Assembly: GCA_030141605.1 (NCBI GenBank)
Contig: JAQGDQ010002372.1
Location: forward strand, 682,001 to 746,000
Reading direction: 5' to 3'
DNA from: Tubiluchus corallicola
Taxonomy: Eukaryota > Animalia > Priapulida
DNA length: 64,000 nt
Shown: piece by piece, positions 41,172 through 64,000 of the stretch
Layout of the letters: every line of letters begins with the position of its first letter
Position numbering within the stretch: the first letter of the stretch is position 1
Program-made: the position numbers and the translations under genes
The notes under the pieces: generated by a model
The model's input: the letters and a program-made list of their open reading frames with translations, nothing else
What the model was told of the DNA's origin: nothing
The model's database searches: none

Positions 41172-43339
41172 AAGTAATCTATTTCTACTTTGCATTATGT
41201 GAAAATAAAACAGCCTTTGACAACTGGAGTCAAGTTTTTATTTACTGAGAATAGTTAGGTTACTTGTAGATTCGGATATAAAAATTCTGTCAGGTACAGT
41301 CAAAGACTTCAATTTTACGGTATTCTTGTGTCGCCAAATTGTCATTATCTGCAATTATGAAACTTGTTTTACATAATGTACATTACTGAGTAAACAACAT
41401 AAACAGCATTTCCTTGTGTGCATTATACTCTGCATGTCGGTATGGCACCATATTGAAAGATTAAGTTGTAAAAATGTGATATATTAATTAGTTTTTATAT
41501 GACCAACATTGAACTCTGATAGCTAATGCATTGATATTGACATGCTAGTCTGAATTTTTTTTGTTGTTGTCTTCATCAGTCAAGTTCGGATTATTTCAGT
41601 GTAATGTCATGTCTTATCATCAACACCATGTGAACAATTTCTTCAAATTTGTTTATTTGGTTTTCATATGTGTGCTCAACAAACCAAAACTGTCCATAAG
41701 TTGGCATAGTTCAAGCTATGTTACAATGACTCAAAATAACATGTAGAAAAATTGGGTCAATATCAGTTATTTTTACAAAAATAAACGCTAAATTTACTGG
41801 GCTTCATAACTGTAACTGCAGTGTTCTTTTACAAAGTCCACTTTTAGCAACCACTTTTCCATACGTTGATAGTGTTTTTGTAGAAATGTGACAAAAAAAT
41901 GGCAAACTTCAGGACCGCTTTTGTCAAAATAATGTTTTTCATGATGCAGCATGCACCTCAACGTTGACATCTGTGCTTAGAAATAATGTAGAGTAATGGC
42001 CAATGAGCTAGGTATCAAAGTGGAAAATCAGGAAGTGTGAATAACTAGGAATGCCTACCTGCCGACTTATGGACGTTTTTCCTATGCAAACAGGATTGTG
42101 AACAAGTCAGTAGTTGATACCTTATATGCATAGTCTCATCAACAGAAACCAATGCATATAGTGTTGCATAGCCTGGTTAATTTTTTCCTGGCCAGTTTGT
42201 TACTAAACAGTGTATGTCTTTCTCTAAGCAACATACCACATTAAAGGTGTATGTATGAAACATCAGTGTTGAGGTTAAAATTATCACTCCTGTTCATTAG
42301 ACCTTTGGTTTTGAAATTATTTCTACATGCAGTTATTTTTAATTATTAATCATGTATGTGTATATGGTTAAAAATTAGTTTTATTTGATTCATTCTTTTA
42401 GATAAAACTGATCTAATAATTAGAAAATTTGTAAATTTAGCAAATAAAAAATGTAATAATTTTCAGTTGAATGATGTGGGTTTACTGTGGTAACGACTTT
42501 AGGTGAGAAAGCCAATTTTTAATGGCTTCAGTCTTCTAACCAGTAAGAGTGAACATTGTTAAAAATTTAGTGTAGAAAAATTTTATTCAAATAGTTATAG
42601 CTGGAATTGTAGAGTAACCTAGTGGCGCAACAGCTGTCGCTGTGTATGATAACCAGCATTAGCAATCAGTTGAAATTTCGATTCAATTGAAAATTATTTC
42701 GATCTTAGTTATGTAATGAAATGTCTCATAAAGTGCATTTTACATGTAAACTTTATACTGAGTAACACTCCTGAGTGAAAGCCCACAAAGTAAATACTGA
42801 GATAAGTTCAACATTTATTTGCAGTTGTACAGTGTACAACGTTACCTACGATTACAATTGCAATTCCTGGTAATAGCACTGCAAAAAGTAGCCCATGTCC
42901 AGTGGCTGTTTGTTCCTAGCTGCTTTCTTCAGTAATATTTGGATTTACTTACATTCCATTTCTTTCTTACATGCTTAGCATTACAGTGGCTGAGTCATCA
43001 TAATAGAACAGCTAACTACTGTGTAGGCTGCTGGGTGTCAGTGTGGAGAATCTAGGTAACCATTGAAACAGCAAGGCATGAAAATCATTAAACATGACTA
43101 ATGAAGGAACATATTTTCGTAATTTAGTGATAAAATACATTTATTACCACTGGTATACTCAATCACTTGAAGCAAAATGTCTTCATTCGTCTTTAAACAT
43201 AACTTATCTGGATAAAAACAATCAGTCACAAACCAATTTTTTCTTTTTTTTACCTTTTTGACAGGGGAACTATTTATGAGTTGACTTCATTAAGGAAAAA
43301 TATAGTCAAAAAACCGATTGATTCAGAAAAACAATTAAA

Positions 43340-44011
43340 CTGGCCGTCTTAACAGCATTATAGGTCCCCGGGCAAACCAGTGCACAGGGGCTCCTACATA
43401 AACAACCACTCACACGAATAAAAATGTAAATGGTCGATAAAATTAAACACATGGTAACTGTATTGGAACTTCCAACATGCTGCACAGCAATGCTTAATCA
43501 ACACAATATTTGAACAATATAGTATGAGCCTTGAAAAAACAGAAAAATTGTAAACAAATGTGCATAAATGATACATAACTGGGAAACCATACAAATGGAG
43601 ATGGCACAGTATAAAATTAACATGAATTATTTAGTATTAATCAAGTATATTCAACACAAACATTTGCGAAATTTCTTTGCAGAGAAATGCTTTATAACTG
43701 GCTTAAAGCCAATGGTCTTCATGATGTCATTTTCAATACACATGAGTGAAACTTAATTCAAACGCTGCTGCCTCAATGTGTTACAAAGCAGATTTTTTTT
43801 AAAAACTTCAGTCTTAAAAATGAAAGTCCTCTAGCATAGTTGGTTACCATCATGCACATGAAAATTCTGAGTGCAATTTCAACATTGAGAAAAACAGATT
43901 TCAATTATTTATTGACAGTAAGTCTCAACTCAACGTAGGTTACCACAGGGCCTCTATGCTCATGGAGCCACCAGGCAACTGCCCAGTGTGTCCATGCGTT
44001 AAGACAGCCCT
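43340..44011 (-). mobile_element. Degenerate non-autonomous hAT element carrying a transposase C-terminal dimerisation-domain relic
   Basis: Ends CTGGCCGTCTTAAC / GTTAAGACAGCCCT. Probable 8-bp TSD CAATTAAA (43332-43339) / CAATGAAA (44012-44019). The minus strand at about 43660-43910 reads (with frameshifts/stops) NVEIALRIFMCMMVTN...SFLRLK...RLN*VSLMCIENDIMKTIGFKPVIKHFSAKKFRK, typical of the hATC/ZMYM1-like domain. Confidence 0.8.
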
Positions 44012-44032
44012 CAATGAAAACAAACATATCAC

Positions 44033-63820
<19,788 letters not shown>

Positions 63821-64000
63821 CTGAAAAAACATTGCACTTTTCATCTTCATTAGAAATTAAAAAAATAGTAATATTGTCATCAACCTTCTTAATACAGATT
63901 GCCCCATATGAGGCAAATGGCTTTTTGATAATACTATTTATTAGAGGTTATGAAGTGCAAATATAAATACCAGTCAAAAAAACAGTTTTTCTATTACTAA

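Larger units (their letters stand above)
33469..43252 (+). repeat. Direct tandem segmental duplication, 4888-bp period, containing the CHMP2A coding exon
   Basis: 33469-38364 matches 38357-43252. All ORFs recur at an offset of exactly 4888. The junction has 8-bp microhomology TTTTTTTA. The only difference I noticed is G35672 vs A40560. Confidence 0.97.

Overview
AT-rich animal (invertebrate-type) genomic DNA with spliceosomal introns; no prokaryotic features, CRISPR, rRNA or tRNA genes were seen. Host genes reconstructed by hand from GT-AG exons: core-binding factor beta (CBFB/Brother-like, +, 6 coding exons, 354-11140), a secreted/GPI-type Reeler+DOMON protein lacking the cytochrome b561 module (+, 18031-23318), tRNA m3C methyltransferase METTL6 (-, 24014-27796), ESCRT-III CHMP2A present twice in a 4888-bp near-identical tandem duplication (+, 35612-36283 and 40500-41171), and the 3' part (13 exons) of an integrin alpha gene (-, 44033 to beyond the window). 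One integrin intron (45313-57469) holds a four-layer nest: a (TC)n microsatellite split by a 5'-truncated RTEX-like LINE, whose 3' UTR carries a head-to-tail non-autonomous Helitron array and a young, full-length Ty3/Gypsy LTR element (311-bp LTRs, 2 differences seen). Several DNA transposons have readable TIRs and TSDs: a pogo-type element, two hAT elements and a TGT...ACA Ginger-like MITE. A decayed, possibly death-fold gene lies at about 14.9-17.4 kb.
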